From the human T2T-CHM13v2.0 reference genome, Homo sapiens, in NCBI RefSeq assembly GCF_009914755.1, contig NC_060938.1: DNA of 64,000 bases; one strand, given 5' to 3'. Of this stretch, positions 38,077 to 51,199 are shown piece by piece. A program made the position numbers and the translations under genes. Each line of letters starts with the position of its first letter. Position 1 is the stretch's first letter. A model generated the notes under the pieces. It did no database searches, had not been told where the DNA came from, and saw nothing but the letters and a program-made list of their open reading frames with translations.

Positions 38077-38753
38077 AACATAAAGGTTCTCCACGTCCCC
38101 ACCAGACTCAGGAGCCCAGCAGGCTTCACCCAGTGGATCCCGCACGGGGCTGCAGGCGGAGCTGCCTGCCAGTCCCGGTGCCGTGTGCCCGCACTCCTCA
38201 GCCCTTGGGTGGTCGATGGGACTGGGCGCCGTGGAGCAGGGGGTGGCGCTCGTCGGGGAGGCTCGGGCCGCACAGGAGCCCATGGAGGGGGTGGGAGGCT
38301 CAGGCATGGCGGGCTGCAGGCCCGAGCCCTGCCCCGCGGGAAGGCAGCTAAGGCCGGGTGAGAAATCCAGCGCAGCGCCGGTGGGCTAGCACTGCTGCGG
38401 GACCCAGTACACTCACCACAGCCGCTGGCCCGGATGCTAAGCCCCTCATTGCCGGGGCGGCAGAGCGGGCCGGCTGCTCCCAGTACGCTGCGTGCCAAAA
38501 CCACGCCCACCCGGAACTCCAGCTGGCCCGCAAGCGCCGCGCGCAGCCCGGGTTCCCGCTCCCGCTTCTCCCACCACACTTCCCTGCAAGCTGAGAGAAG
38601 CGGCTCTGGCCTTGGGCAGCCCAGAAAGGGGCTCCCTCAGTGCAGCGGTGGGCTGAAGGGCTCCTCAAGTGCCGCCAAAGTGGGAGCCCAGGCAGAGGAG
38701 GCGCCCAGAGCGAGCGAGGGCTGTGAGGACTGCCAGCACGCTGTCACCTCTCA
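38077..38753 (-). mobile_element. LTR12C (ERV9) LTR, only the 5' ~680 bp of U3; CpG-rich
   Basis: The reverse complement begins TGAGAGGTGACAGCGTGCTGGCAGTCCTCACAGCCCTCGCTCGCTCT and runs to GGGGACGTGGAGAACCTTTATG, then stops. Confidence 0.93.
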
Positions 38754-39129
38754 GAACTATTTACTCAGAATGAGTGAAGGCAAGTGATTAAATGTACCTT
38801 TTAATTGAGTGTAATCTGCTTGCTCTACATATTCAAAGTCTTAAAACATACCAAAAAGTCTATTTACCCCATTCCTCTCAATTTATTTTGTAGTAGTGGC
38901 TTTATCCTCTTTTACTGGCAGTATGTTTGAATACTGGCCTCCTTTATCAGGTAATTAATTTGTATGTAAGTTTGAGGAAATTAAAATGGCTGTGACTATC
39001 TTGCTTCATGAACTTGATCCACTAGAGCAGAAACTAGCATACAGAAACAAAAAGCAGCACAAAGAAAGTAGGTTAAGGGCAAGGGCCGAGGTGCAAGAAA
39101 TGACTTAGAAAAAAAGAGAGTACACTTCA

Positions 39130-39680
39130 GCCTGTGTTGATTATGGAGATATTATCTAAATGGGATCATGAAGAAGTCATAAATTCCACCAAGAGATTTA
39201 AATGCATGTGTGTGATAAGAGGATTGGGAAAGGAGGTAGGAGATTGTGAGGGTATTTCTTGTCAGTGAAATGCATGGAATTTATGCCCCCAAGACATAAA
39301 AAAATCAGTCACTCAACATGTATTTAATAAGTGACTACAATAGATATCTAACTAGTTTTGTCAAGTTTAGACAATCTGTAGGAAGACTTAAAAATATATA
39401 AAAATAGATGTGAGTCTAGATTTTATGGATCATGACATCGAGTGCAAGACAAAGTAAATTTTATTTTGTAGGGACTGGGGAGTTTTTGAATTAGTCCGCA
39501 GTAGACAGCACTGTATGATCATCTCATGACAGTGCTAAAAGTATGTAAGCAAGAGGCTAGTTATGAGGGCATTGCAGTTGCAAATGCAGGACTATTGTGT
39601 GAGGTCGTGAAATGGCCATAGGACTAAAGTAAAAATGAATTTGGGAAAATGCAAAAAAAATTAATAAAACTTTATTGCTG
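39130..39680 (-). mobile_element. L2 fragments
   Basis: CACTCAACATGTATTTAATAAGTGACTAC and AGGCTAGTTATGAGGGCATTGCAG motifs. Confidence 0.4.
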
Positions 39681-40993
39681 GGCCTGAAGAATACATTTGC
39701 TATTCATAGTTCAAGATAGTTATATTATTCTGTTGTATCTACAGTCCTCAAAACATATAGAAGTGTTGCACTGATTATCCTTCCTTTATTATTTTATTCA
39801 ATAGTGTGTATTCAGTTTATTAAAAGGATACAAATGTATATTTTAGAGAATTTAATAAATATTAAAAAATATATAATAATGACTCTAATACAGAAATATA
39901 TAATGTATATTTGTAGTAGATTCCCATCTATTTTTAAATTATTTAATTTCAATTTTATTTTCTAAATTATTAATAGGCAAAACATCAAGTTTTTCAGTCC
40001 CTCTTTAAAACACTCATTTCCTGACTGTTGTCCTAAAGACATTAGTGTTTTAAAAACTAATTTTCTTGTTAAATAATGACATGCAATTTACTGAAACCTC
40101 ACCTGTGTTAAGCATTTAAGTTACCTCTGATTGCTAGAAGTTAGAAATCATGAAATTGTACATATTTAATACAGCCATAATTTAAACATTGCTATTATTT
40201 TTCAATATATTTGCTAATTTGCTAGATTAAAAATGGTATTGTGGTGCTTTATTTTTATTTCTTTTCCTATTGGATTGACATTTATAGATGTTTATTAGTA
40301 ATTAATAGAACCTGTTAGAAATTTCTGCATAGTGACATTTCCTCAGTTTCTAATTTAGCTATACAAGTAATTTGTATAAATAATGTGGATCAATTCTCAG
40401 TGATATTTCACATTTTTTAAACTTTGTCTCTAAATAATTTGTATCTAAACATCATGCTTCAAGAAAGTCCTTTCATGATTTAATAATTATTCTCATGTTC
40501 TTTTCTTTTTTACGGTTTTCTTAACATTTAGTAGGTCATTATTTGCAGTTTATTTTGTTTTGGTAAAACTGCAAATACGTTTTTTGACAAAAGATAACTT
40601 CAAACTTATTGTTTTATTGTAGTTTAGGATATTGATTGGTTTTATCTAACCTAGTATTATTATTTAACATTCTTTAAGTAAAATAAAACTCCTTGAAAAG
40701 TGTGCTAAAATATGTGTGCAAGTTCTAACTTTAGGTATAAGCACCTTTTATTTTATTGTTTGTAGTAATTTCCTTTTTAACTATCGGTACCTGAGATTTC
40801 TCTTTTCTCCATGTTTTCAATATGCTACAGCAGGTCGAACATTTAATTTTGAGCCAAATTGATAAATATGAAATTGTAACTAGTATTATAGCTTACATGA
40901 CTGTTACTATTTTGAGTACTTTCTCTATTCTTATGGGTCATTCTGATTTTCTAATTTATAAAATCTTTACAAACTTTTAAACTAAATTATTGT

Positions 40994-41384
<391 letters not shown>

Positions 41385-41712
41385 TTATTTCCCAGCCTGT
41401 GGATGGTATTTTAATATTTTATTATACATTTTGTTAAGCAGAATTTTATTGTATTCAAATATCAGTATTTTCTCTTTTTGATTATGCTGCTTTGTAATTT
41501 GTATGGGAAATTCTCCTAGTTTTCAAGACATTAAAGATTTGTCCCTAAATTGTCTTTTAATAGTTTTAAATAGTCTTAGATGTGAAAAAAATGATATTTG
41601 TATATAGTGTGAAACAGGAGAATTATAACATTTATGTAGATATTCAGTTGTCAATTTTTGACTGGTGTTCTCTTTTGCTACTAATTTGAATTGTGGAGCA
41701 TGCTTGTATTCA

Positions 41713-42220
41713 CTGTGTCCCAAATTCTCTTATACTCTACCCTATATTGCTGAGATTGGGGTTCTTCAAAATACAGTTTTGAGTCTCATTTGCTAGGGGT
41801 TTGCTTTAGACTCTATCATTAAAATACACTGGAAATAATCAGAAGGCGAGAGAAAGAAAGAAGATGCTTGCTTCTGGCAGTTATAGGCAGTTACTGGAAT
41901 GGCAGTGAGTGTACAGGGTCTCCAGACTCCATGGAGCACAGGCAAAGGCAGCATGGTATGGGTCTGTTCTCGGCAGAATCTTTTCAGTGATATCAGAACT
42001 GACTGAAACAGCACCTCTAACAATGCAGCATCAGGCAGTAGATAATAAAATCCATCCAGAAGAGCATCACTATTCTTAATTTTGGACTCTCTGGCTGACA
42101 TTTCATTCTCTTTTTTCTTCTTCTACACCTTACAACACCTTGTAACCACTTCTCTGTATTGAGACATTTGTGTTTGAAATACCTGGAGTGCTTTCTATTT
42201 TCTTGTCTGGTTCCTGACAA
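41713..42220 (+). mobile_element. LTR33-like ERVL solo LTR
   Basis: 3' end GTAACCACTTCTCTGTATT...TGTTTGAAATACCTGGAGTGCTTTCTATTTTC. Confidence 0.65.
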
Positions 42221-43099
42221 TAACTATCTTTGTTTCTAGACTTTTTATTATTATTATTGATCTATTCATCTTTGCCTTTACCTAATTAGTATAGATTTAG
42301 AATAATGTTATCTGGCTCGGCAGAGTTAGCTATCTTGTTGTTTTCTTCAAAACTAACATGAATATCCTTACAGCATATTATAATTGTTTGTATTACTTTT
42401 AGAATTAATTTTTCAACCTTGATAAAATGCTGTTGAAATATTTAGTAAAATTGTATTAAATTTGATACACATACTTAGGGTAAAATAACATCTTTATAGT
42501 AATAGTTTATCCTCCTTTTAAAGCATATATAACTCTTCATATTTAAATTATATTACATGTTCTTCAACAGCATTTGGTGATTTAATCCATATGAATATTC
42601 ACACATCTTTAAGATTTGTTTCTAGGTACATAATTATTAGTTACTTTTATGGTCAGGCTCTTTAACCATTTATTTTTCTATTGCATTTTTTTACATGGCT
42701 ATTAATCATATATAAAAATGTTACTAATTTTGAACAGTGATTTAAATATTCAACCACATTGATAAGTGCTTGCCATAGTTCTCAAAGCTGTCTGGAAATT
42801 TCTCATACATATAATCATGTTGTACACAAATACAGCACATTTTACATTTCTTTTTAAATTCTCACACCTGTTCTCTCTTTTATTTATTTTTTGCCTTATT
42901 AGATTGATGGGACTCTTCATTAGAATTGCACGATACACAGTATTCTATAAGTATTTCTAAAATATTATTAAATAGTATGTTTGTTCTAGATTTTTATCTT
43001 TATACACTCCTTATGGGTTTAAAAATGTTTAGTTGTGTTCCTTAAATTCTATGAAAATGAATGTGTTTTTCTTAAGTGAAAAAAAAATTCTCTTCAATA

Positions 43100-43475
43100 C
43101 AGAGTAATTTTTTGAATGGCATTTGGGAAAAGCCTAGCTGTGCGATTCTTCTGGTTCGTGTGGCATCAACTGGTATCATTCTTCAGCAGCACTCAGTTAG
43201 CGACTGAATAGAGCTGAAGAATTCAAGAAGGCTGTACTTACCTGCATGGCATGCTGGCGTACCTCTGCAATGTTTCTGTTTCTCCACATAGTTGGTCTCA
43301 GTATACGCAGAAAACTTATGTGGCATATAGCTTCTAAGAGGGAGTCTTTTATGTATGGAAGAGGAAGCTACAGAACTATTGAGGTCCAATATAAGAAGTT
43401 ATACAAAATCACTTCCATCACACTTAATTAATGAAAGAAATGTATAGGTAAAGTCAGATTAAAATGATGAGGAGA
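43100..43475 (-). mobile_element. MLT1G/H-like LTR fragment
   Basis: ATTTGGGAAAAGCCTAGCTG...TTCTTCTGGTTC...TTCTCCACA...ATCACTTCCATCACAC. Confidence 0.55.
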
Positions 43476-43477
43476 TG

Positions 43478-44920
43478 CCAGGAGGTGGTGAAGCAAGATG
43501 GCCAAATAGAAGCACCAGCAATCATCCTCCCCAAAAGGAACACAAAATCGAAAAAGTATCCACACAACAAAAGCACCATCATAATAACCGAAACTCAAGT
43601 GAGCTATTACAGTGCTTTATTTTAACATCATATTAAGAAAAAGGTCACTGAAGAGGGTAGAAAAAAACAGTCTTGAATTGCCTACACCAAAGGTCTGGCA
43701 GAAGAGAAGCACCGAAAGTCATCCTTCCCAACAGGAAAACAAAATTGAACAACTATCCGTACAACAAAAGCACCATTATAAGAAGTGAAACTCAGGTGAG
43801 CTATCACAGTACTTGATATTAACATCATATTAAGGAAACATGCACTGAAGAAGGTAGTCTTGAATTGCTTACACCACAGGTTACCCATCCCCTAGCAGTG
43901 GTCGTGGGTCACGGAGAAAGAACCTGTGCATTTTGGGGAGAGAGAATGTAGTGATTGTGGGACTTCACATTGGAAATCAGTGCTACCTTATCACAGCAGA
44001 AAGCAACACTGGGAACAACCCAGCTTGTGTCCTCCAAGGGAGCATCTAGATAAGCTCTAGCCAGAGGTGAATTGTCCATTCCAGCAGTCAGAAACTGAGT
44101 TTCAGCAAGCCCTGCCACTCTAGCAGGTTTAAGTGCTCTGGGGTTCTAAATACACTTGCGAGGCACTCTAGATCACCAGGACTGTAATTCCTAGGCAATT
44201 CCTGGTGCTGTGCTGAGCTCAGAACCAATGGACTTGGAGCACATGTGACCCGGTGAGACACCAACCAGGGTGGCCAAGGAAGTGTTTGTGTCACCCTTCC
44301 CAGAACCCCAGGAAGTTCAGCTTGCAGTTCCAGGAGAGATTCTTTTCTTCTTCTTGAGGAGAGGGGAGGGGAGAGGAGAGTAAAGAGGACTTTGTCTTGC
44401 ACCCTGGATACCAGGTTAGTCACAATAAAGGAGTGCACCAGGAAGAGTTCTGACACGCCCATTTCAGGCCTTAGATCCCAGATGACATTTCTAGACACAG
44501 CCTGGGCCAGATGGGAACCTGTTGATTTGAAAGGAAAGACCAAGTCCTGGCAGAACCTGCTGACTAAAGAGTCCTTGAGTCCTGAAAATTCAGGAGTGGT
44601 AGCCAGGCAGTACCCTCTTCAGGCCTTGGGTGAAACTCAGAGACTTGCTGGCTTCAGGTGTAACCCAGCGTATTACCAGCTATAGTGTCTAGAGAGAGAG
44701 AGAGAGAGAGACTCCATTTATTTCGTGAAACAGAGGAAGAGTAAAGAGAACTTTGTCTTGCATCTTGCATACCAGCTTGGCCATAGTAGGGTAGAGCACC
44801 AGGAGAGCTGCTTGAGTCCCTGATTCCAGGCCATGTTTCCTCTGTGGCACTTCTGGACCTGCCCTGGGACAGAGAAGCTCACTGTGCTGAAGAGAGAGAC
44901 CCAGGCTGGCAGCATTTACA
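43478..44920 (+). mobile_element. L1MA/L1M1-type 5'UTR with an intact-looking 5' terminus
   Basis: GGAGGTGGTGAAGCAAGATGGCCAAATAGAAG (YY1-type CAAGATGGCC start), internal AGTAAAGAG(G/A)ACTTTGTCTTGCA repeats and (GA)n at ~44691-44711. Confidence 0.75.
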
Positions 44921-45281
44921 TCAAACAAAACAAAACAAAAAAACTACAGGCCAATTCCCGTGATGAGCATTGGCTCAAAAATTCTCAACAAAATATTAGC
45001 AAACTGAATTGAACAATACATTGAAAAATTATTCATCCTGATCAAGTGGAATTTATTCAAGGGATGCAAGAATGGTTCACCATAAATAAATCAATCAATG
45101 TGATATATATAAACAGAATAAAGGAAAAAAACATGATCATTTTAACTGATGCTGAAAAAGCATTTGATAAAATGTAACTTTCTTTCATGATAAAAACCGT
45201 AAAAAATCTGGGTATAGAAGGAGCACACCTCATCAAAATAAAAGCCGTAAATAACAGATCCACAGCTAGTATCATAATGGG
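44921..45281 (+). mobile_element. L1 ORF2 RT fragment
   Basis: AACTACAGGCCAATTCCCGTGATG...AAAATTCTCAACAAAATATTAGC (NYRPI..M...KILNKILA), GGGATGCAAGAATGGTTC, GATGCTGAAAAAGCATTTGATAAA. Confidence 0.85.
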
Positions 45282-45520
45282 GACTATCCTAGGCAACATA
45301 GTGAGACACCATCTCTACAAAATATTAAGAAATTATCCAGGCATAGTGGTACATGTCTGTAGTCCTAGCTATTAAGGCGGCCTAGGTGGGAGGATTGCTT
45401 CTTGAGCCAAGGAGATTGAGGGAGCAGTAAGCCATGATCATACCACTGCACTCTAGCCTGGGGAACAGAGCAATATCCTATCTCAAAAACAGGAAAAGAA
45501 AAAAAAATTAAAAAGGGAAA
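45282..45520 (+). mobile_element. 5'-truncated AluJ
   Basis: GGCAACATAGTGAGACACCATCTCTAC...GGTGGGAGGATTGCTT...CCACTGCACTCTAGCCTGG followed by an A-rich tail. Confidence 0.85.
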
Positions 45521-46029
45521 AGAAAATAAATTCTAGCCAGAAGTAAGCCAAAATATATTTGATATTTTAAAATACGTCAATCTAGGACACTTTTGCTTGT
45601 GATACTCACAGAGTGAAATCAGCAAACTGTGTTCTGTGTTTCCTTTTGTTTTATATATTGTGATATTTCTTTACATTCTTTAGCTAAAAAGGTAATCTTT
45701 GTTAAAGGAGACCAAGAAAAACCCACAAAAAACACAAAAAATGTATTAATCATCTACTCCTTTATTCTTCCAATCTTCTCTCTCTATAATTAGCTGAAAT
45801 TCCAACCTGACTTAATTATGTGGGTTTTCTTCTGATGCTTTTACACACGTATTTATAGATGCACACATATATTCACTTTGTTTGCTCTGATTTTATTTTC
45901 ATAACATTAAGCTTATATTACTTACATTTGTTTACAACTTTTTGATGTATCGCAAAGTATCATGAAAAAAATTTCAGTTGCAGAAACAGTGAAAACTAAT
46001 TATTTTATTTAACAATGTAATGTTTTGAA

Positions 46030-46090
46030 CTTATACATTATATATATTTATATATTATGTATATATAATATGTATATATATATGTATATT
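46030..46090. repeat. imperfect (TA)n
   Basis: Directly visible. Confidence 0.75.
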
Positions 46091-48399
46091 GGTATGGATT
46101 GCACAATAGGGATTACTTGGTCATAGTGTATATTCATTTTTAACTTTTATTATTATGTTAAATGTTTTGATTCTTTTATTAATCCAAAAAATATGTTTGA
46201 ATTAGCCCATTTGCCTTTTTTTTAAACAACACACAATTTTAAAACCAACACAGAATTCAGCATAATAATAAGTTAGTGCCCACTGTTTTTCATGAAGATC
46301 GTTGACATGGCTTGGGTTCAGAAGCAGACTTCTGGGGTTGTTATCAACTAGTATTATTTTTCTTTAATTGTTTTGTTTTGTTCAACAGCCTGATAATGTC
46401 TTACATGCTGCGGTTGCTCAATAATTTCCAGTGAGTTACTAAAACTTGATCACTTGCCCTTAGCAAGTAAGTTCCTATTAAAAATAGCAACGGCTTGCTG
46501 TGGCCATTGATTGGGTTGTTTTGACTAAATGTATTCTGGTAATAAGTTTATAGGCTCTGGGTGTCTTTTGTCATGCTGAACTGCTCTTCTGATCTGTGAA
46601 ATCTTTTAGTTTATCTTGCCTGAATCCTTAACATAAAACTAAGAGTGTAATGTTTTTAAAGGATATCATTTTATTTTCTTAAAACTACCGTGTTTTATTG
46701 AACTGAAAATGCAATCTTGAAATAATAATTTGAGGAACTTCTTACCACAAATCATCTCTCTTCCACTTTATTATTTTGTCATTGACAATATTTAGGCACT
46801 GGCATTTAAAAAAATGCATTGATAGGAGATAATTTTGATGACATCTTAATAAGTACTTCATTGAATTTTTCAACCGGTAGAGCATTAGCACTTTATACCC
46901 TATCTATGGCAGAAATATGTCAAGCACAACAGATTACAGGTATCAAACAGCACCTTTTTAAATTTGTTGTTTAGTAGTGGGAGAGATTGTGACCAGCCCA
47001 CTATCCAGGTGTGATTTACCGCTGAGAACAAAACTCCCAGAGTCACGAATTTATAGTCAAATAGAAGTGGGCTCCCGGAATAGAGATGCTGTATCAGAAC
47101 AAAAGTGGCTCTGCACAGAATCTACCTCCAGTAGATATCTGACCAAAGGCAAATTATTGTGATAATTTTTTTCACTGTGACTCTGAGAGACCTGCAGACC
47201 ATTATAATTCTAAGTTACCTCAAATCAGTTATTACGCTTAAAAAGTCATTTTCTAAAATAGACCTAGGGTAATTAAGCCTCTTTGAAAAGCAGGCATGGT
47301 TATGATTTATACAGAAACATTATGAACAAAAACTTTTTCAAAAGCTAAAATGTTATATTTCACGAACCTGTTGGAACCCAAAAGCTGCAGGTGCTTCTTT
47401 GAAAAATGACATTTTCATCATCTACTTGACAAGCACAGCTGAAATATCAAAGTTATAAACATTCTTGCTTCTGAGTGCCAGCTGCTGTTTCTGTGGAAAC
47501 AGCCTAAGTTGCAAATGCAAGGTAAAATGTACTTAACTTAAAATTATGAGGTTTTGAATATTTTACTAAATATGTATTTAGATATATCTCATATTCTTGA
47601 TGCCAGAAAAATTGACATTTTTATTATTTTATACATACATATCCACATTTGTAAAATTATATAATATTAAATGATTAAAGCAGTTGTTTTTATTCTAAAC
47701 TTAATCTTATATAAGGTAAATATGACAAAATGAATATGCTTATCACAGATGTTATCAACTACTGTTCAAAATATTAAAAATAAGAAAAATAACACATTAC
47801 ATGTTTATATAATCTAGCACCAACAAAAATAAATAGAAATATTATTTGTTTAGTAGTCTTAGAGGAAACTAATTTTAATTTCAATTGATTATCCATATTA
47901 TTTTTATTAAAAAAAGAATTAGATTTATTGTTGGATTAATAATAATGGATTCTGATAATTTTATCTTCACTTATCTTGCTCCAGCATTACAACACACAGT
48001 TTGGTATATGCAAAAAAGTTATGAAATGACTTCCAATGCCAAATTGTTGCTAACAATGGAGTAATCTTCATATTTTTCTGTATACTTAAATTGGTGATAT
48101 ATGATATAGTCAGTGAAAAAACTTCATTATCTTTCAGCATATTTTCCTATACTTGGAATTCATAAAAGAATAGTAATTTTCATAACTATATAAAACAGAA
48201 ACAGAACTTTATGATATTCTTTTATTGTGTAAGAGCCAATGAGATTTAAAATAAACATGTTCTAGACCCTAAGATCATAGCTCTGAATCATTATTAGAAG
48301 ACGCGCTGTTCTTTATTACCAATAAAGCATTTTTAGATGTTGTTTCTACTCTTTAAGTTACTTAAGAGATGAGTTTTTAATAGAAGTAACAGTTACTTT

Positions 48400-48765
48400 A
48401 CACCATGGAATATATGCAGCCATAAAAAATGATGAGTTCATGTCCTTTGTAGGGACGTGGATGAAGCTGGAAACCATCATTCTCAGCAAACTATCGCAAG
48501 GACAAAAAAACCAAACGACATGTTCTCACTCATAGGTGGGAATTGAACAATGAGAACACATGGACACAGGAAGGGGAACATCACACACCTGGGCCTGTTG
48601 TGGGGTGGGGGGAGGGGGGAGGGATAGCATTAGGTGATATACCTAATGTTAAATGAGGAGTTAATGGGTGCAGCACTCCAGCATGGCACATGTATACATA
48701 TGTAACAAACCTGCACGTTGTGCACATGTACCCTAAAACTTAAAGTATAATTAAAAAAAAAAAAG
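48400..48765 (+). mobile_element. Short L1PA 3' end (L1PA4-like)
   Basis: GATATACCTAATGTTAAATGA...AACCTGCACGTTGTGCACATGTACCCTAAAACTTAAAGTATAAT plus poly-A, with a G-tract at ~48602-48623. No clear TSD. Confidence 0.92.
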
Positions 48766-48970
48766 AAAATATCTGAGATTTAAAATTATCATTTGCATAA
48801 AAATATATATGAATATGATTAAGCAACTAGTGCCATATTTGATGAAGTTTTCAGCAACTGGAAATAAGGAAGCTTATTGAGGAGTAACAATTTTAGAAAA
48901 TTATATTACAACATGATCAGAGTATTATCTGTTAAGATTACTAAGATTACTATTTAAATGCAATAAAAGC

Positions 48971-49262
48971 TTTTTTTTTTTTTTTTGAGATGGAGTTTCG
49001 CTCTTTTGCCCAGGCTGGAGTGCAGTGGCGCAATCTCGCACACTGCAACCTCCACCTTCCGGTTTCAAGTGATTCTCCTGCCTCAACCTCCCGAGTAGCA
49101 GTGATTACAGGCACCGGCAACCATACAAAAATGCAATAAGTTTTGTATTTTTAGCAGAGACGGGGTTGGGCCAGGCTGGTCTTGAACTCCTGACCTCGTG
49201 ATCTGCCCGTGTCGGCCTCCTAAAGTGCTGGGATTACAGGCTTGAGCCACCGCACCTGGCCC
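48971..49262 (-). mobile_element. AluS with internal rearrangement
   Basis: Poly-T, then GAGATGGAGTTTCGCTC...GAGCCACCGCACCTGGCC. TSD CAATAAAAG. Confidence 0.93.
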
Positions 49263-49828
49263 ACAATAAAAGTATATGTATAAAACTGTTGTACATTAGA
49301 TAGATATTCTATGTTGTTAGAGTGGAAACTAGTGAGATAGTTTGGTGGTCAAATGAATTCCTATTGAATAATAATTTAAATCAATCTAAGTATTCCCCTA
49401 AAATGGCTACACCAAATTTTGCCATTATCATCTGAGTTTTTTGCAGCTAATATAATAATTGTGGAACATGGAAATATTATGTGAATTTTAAGCAAAAACT
49501 TAGAATGTAAAATTATATGTACATTATTACTATATTCATGTAAATAATATATTTATGCATATAATAACTATTGCAAGCACATAAAAACTCAGCACTGTGT
49601 TACATAGCATTATGAGTGGTGACTATTTTAGGATTTAGCAAACTTTCTGTAATGCTGTTAAATTATCTCACTAAATATAATTTAAGTGCGTGTTGCAGAA
49701 AAAAAAAGTAGTTTGGGTACTAAAAAGTTCGTGACTGTTCTAGCTTCTTGGCAAATCACACCTTTTTTTCTAAATAAAACAGCATTATTTGTACCACTTA
49801 AAAAAATAAATAAATAAAAGAGTTTTCT

Positions 49829-50157
<329 letters not shown>

Positions 50158-51199
50158 TTAACTTGGAACTTAAAAAATACACATCTAGGGACAGGCTGAG
50201 TTACCACTGAAAGAATCTACATAATCATCAACTCTTAAGCAACTGATTTTATTTTATTTTTTAGAATTTGTCTTCTGTGATTTGACAAGACACTATATGT
50301 ATTCAATTATGGTTCTTGAAAGGAAATTGATATATGTGCCTTTTTCTTGGTAAGCAACATGAAAGATATATTAATCTTGAATTAAAGCATTTCAAGTTTC
50401 TCACAAGTATATTCACTGATTTTTTAAAATATTAGAATAAAATATATAAGAACAATTAAATATAGATGATCCACATCCACACACACATAAACATTTTTAC
50501 TACACTAGTGAATTTTAGTGACTATGTTAAACATACATTTTAGTAATAATATGTTGAAATAAGAAGTAAATTTTATGAACATCAGAGGTTTAGCAGTTAG
50601 TTTTCTTATTCTTCAGATTATCAATTATTCCATATAATTCTGAAAGTGCTTGAAATTAATGTTTCTGTGTTAGTCTTGATTCTTTTCTTTAGTTTATTAG
50701 CAAGTGATAGCCAGGTCCCTAGGCTGAGAAAAGTGAATTTCAGTGGCCCGTTGCCTGTCATTTTAAATGCAGCATATACCTTAGCAGAAAAAAATCAGGA
50801 AGTCAGTAGATTCTATACCGACTATTATTTTTCAAATTACGTTGGGTTTTACTAAGATTTAATAAGACTTTTACTTATTTTGACTTTTTCCATGTTTTAA
50901 TTTTTAAGGTCTATTTATTTTCTTTTACTTTTATATATTTTTCCCTCCCTTTAATTTCCAAGCACACTGCTTTGTTTGACCCCACTTCTTAAGAAAAAGA
51001 AATACTGTTGCTTATCTGTAGCATAGTTATATTTTATATGACTGATAAAAATAAAATATTTGTAAACCATGAGGTTGGTAGAAAATGTAAATGTCAAACT
51101 TTCATTCTCACCAAATTTCGCTGTATACTAAATGTATCATGAGGCTCAGTAAATCACAAACCCTTTTTCTGCTATCACCCTACCTTCGCTGATACTATT

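Noticed and set aside
37975-38787. Cluster of overlapping 70-173 aa ORFs in GC-rich DNA resembling a gene 5' end or CpG-island promoter
   Set aside because: Essentially all LTR12C sequence. Stops are rare because of GC content, and the peptides are low-complexity.
47238-47418. Partial inverted matches (AAGTCATTTTC vs GAAAAATGACATT; TTTGAAAA vs TTTTCAAA) suggesting an ancient hairpin element
   Set aside because: The arms are short, asymmetric and AT-rich, so they cannot be distinguished from chance by eye.
48602-48623. G-quadruplex-forming tract
   Set aside because: The motif is real but is the standard L1PA 3'UTR G-tract, not locus-specific.
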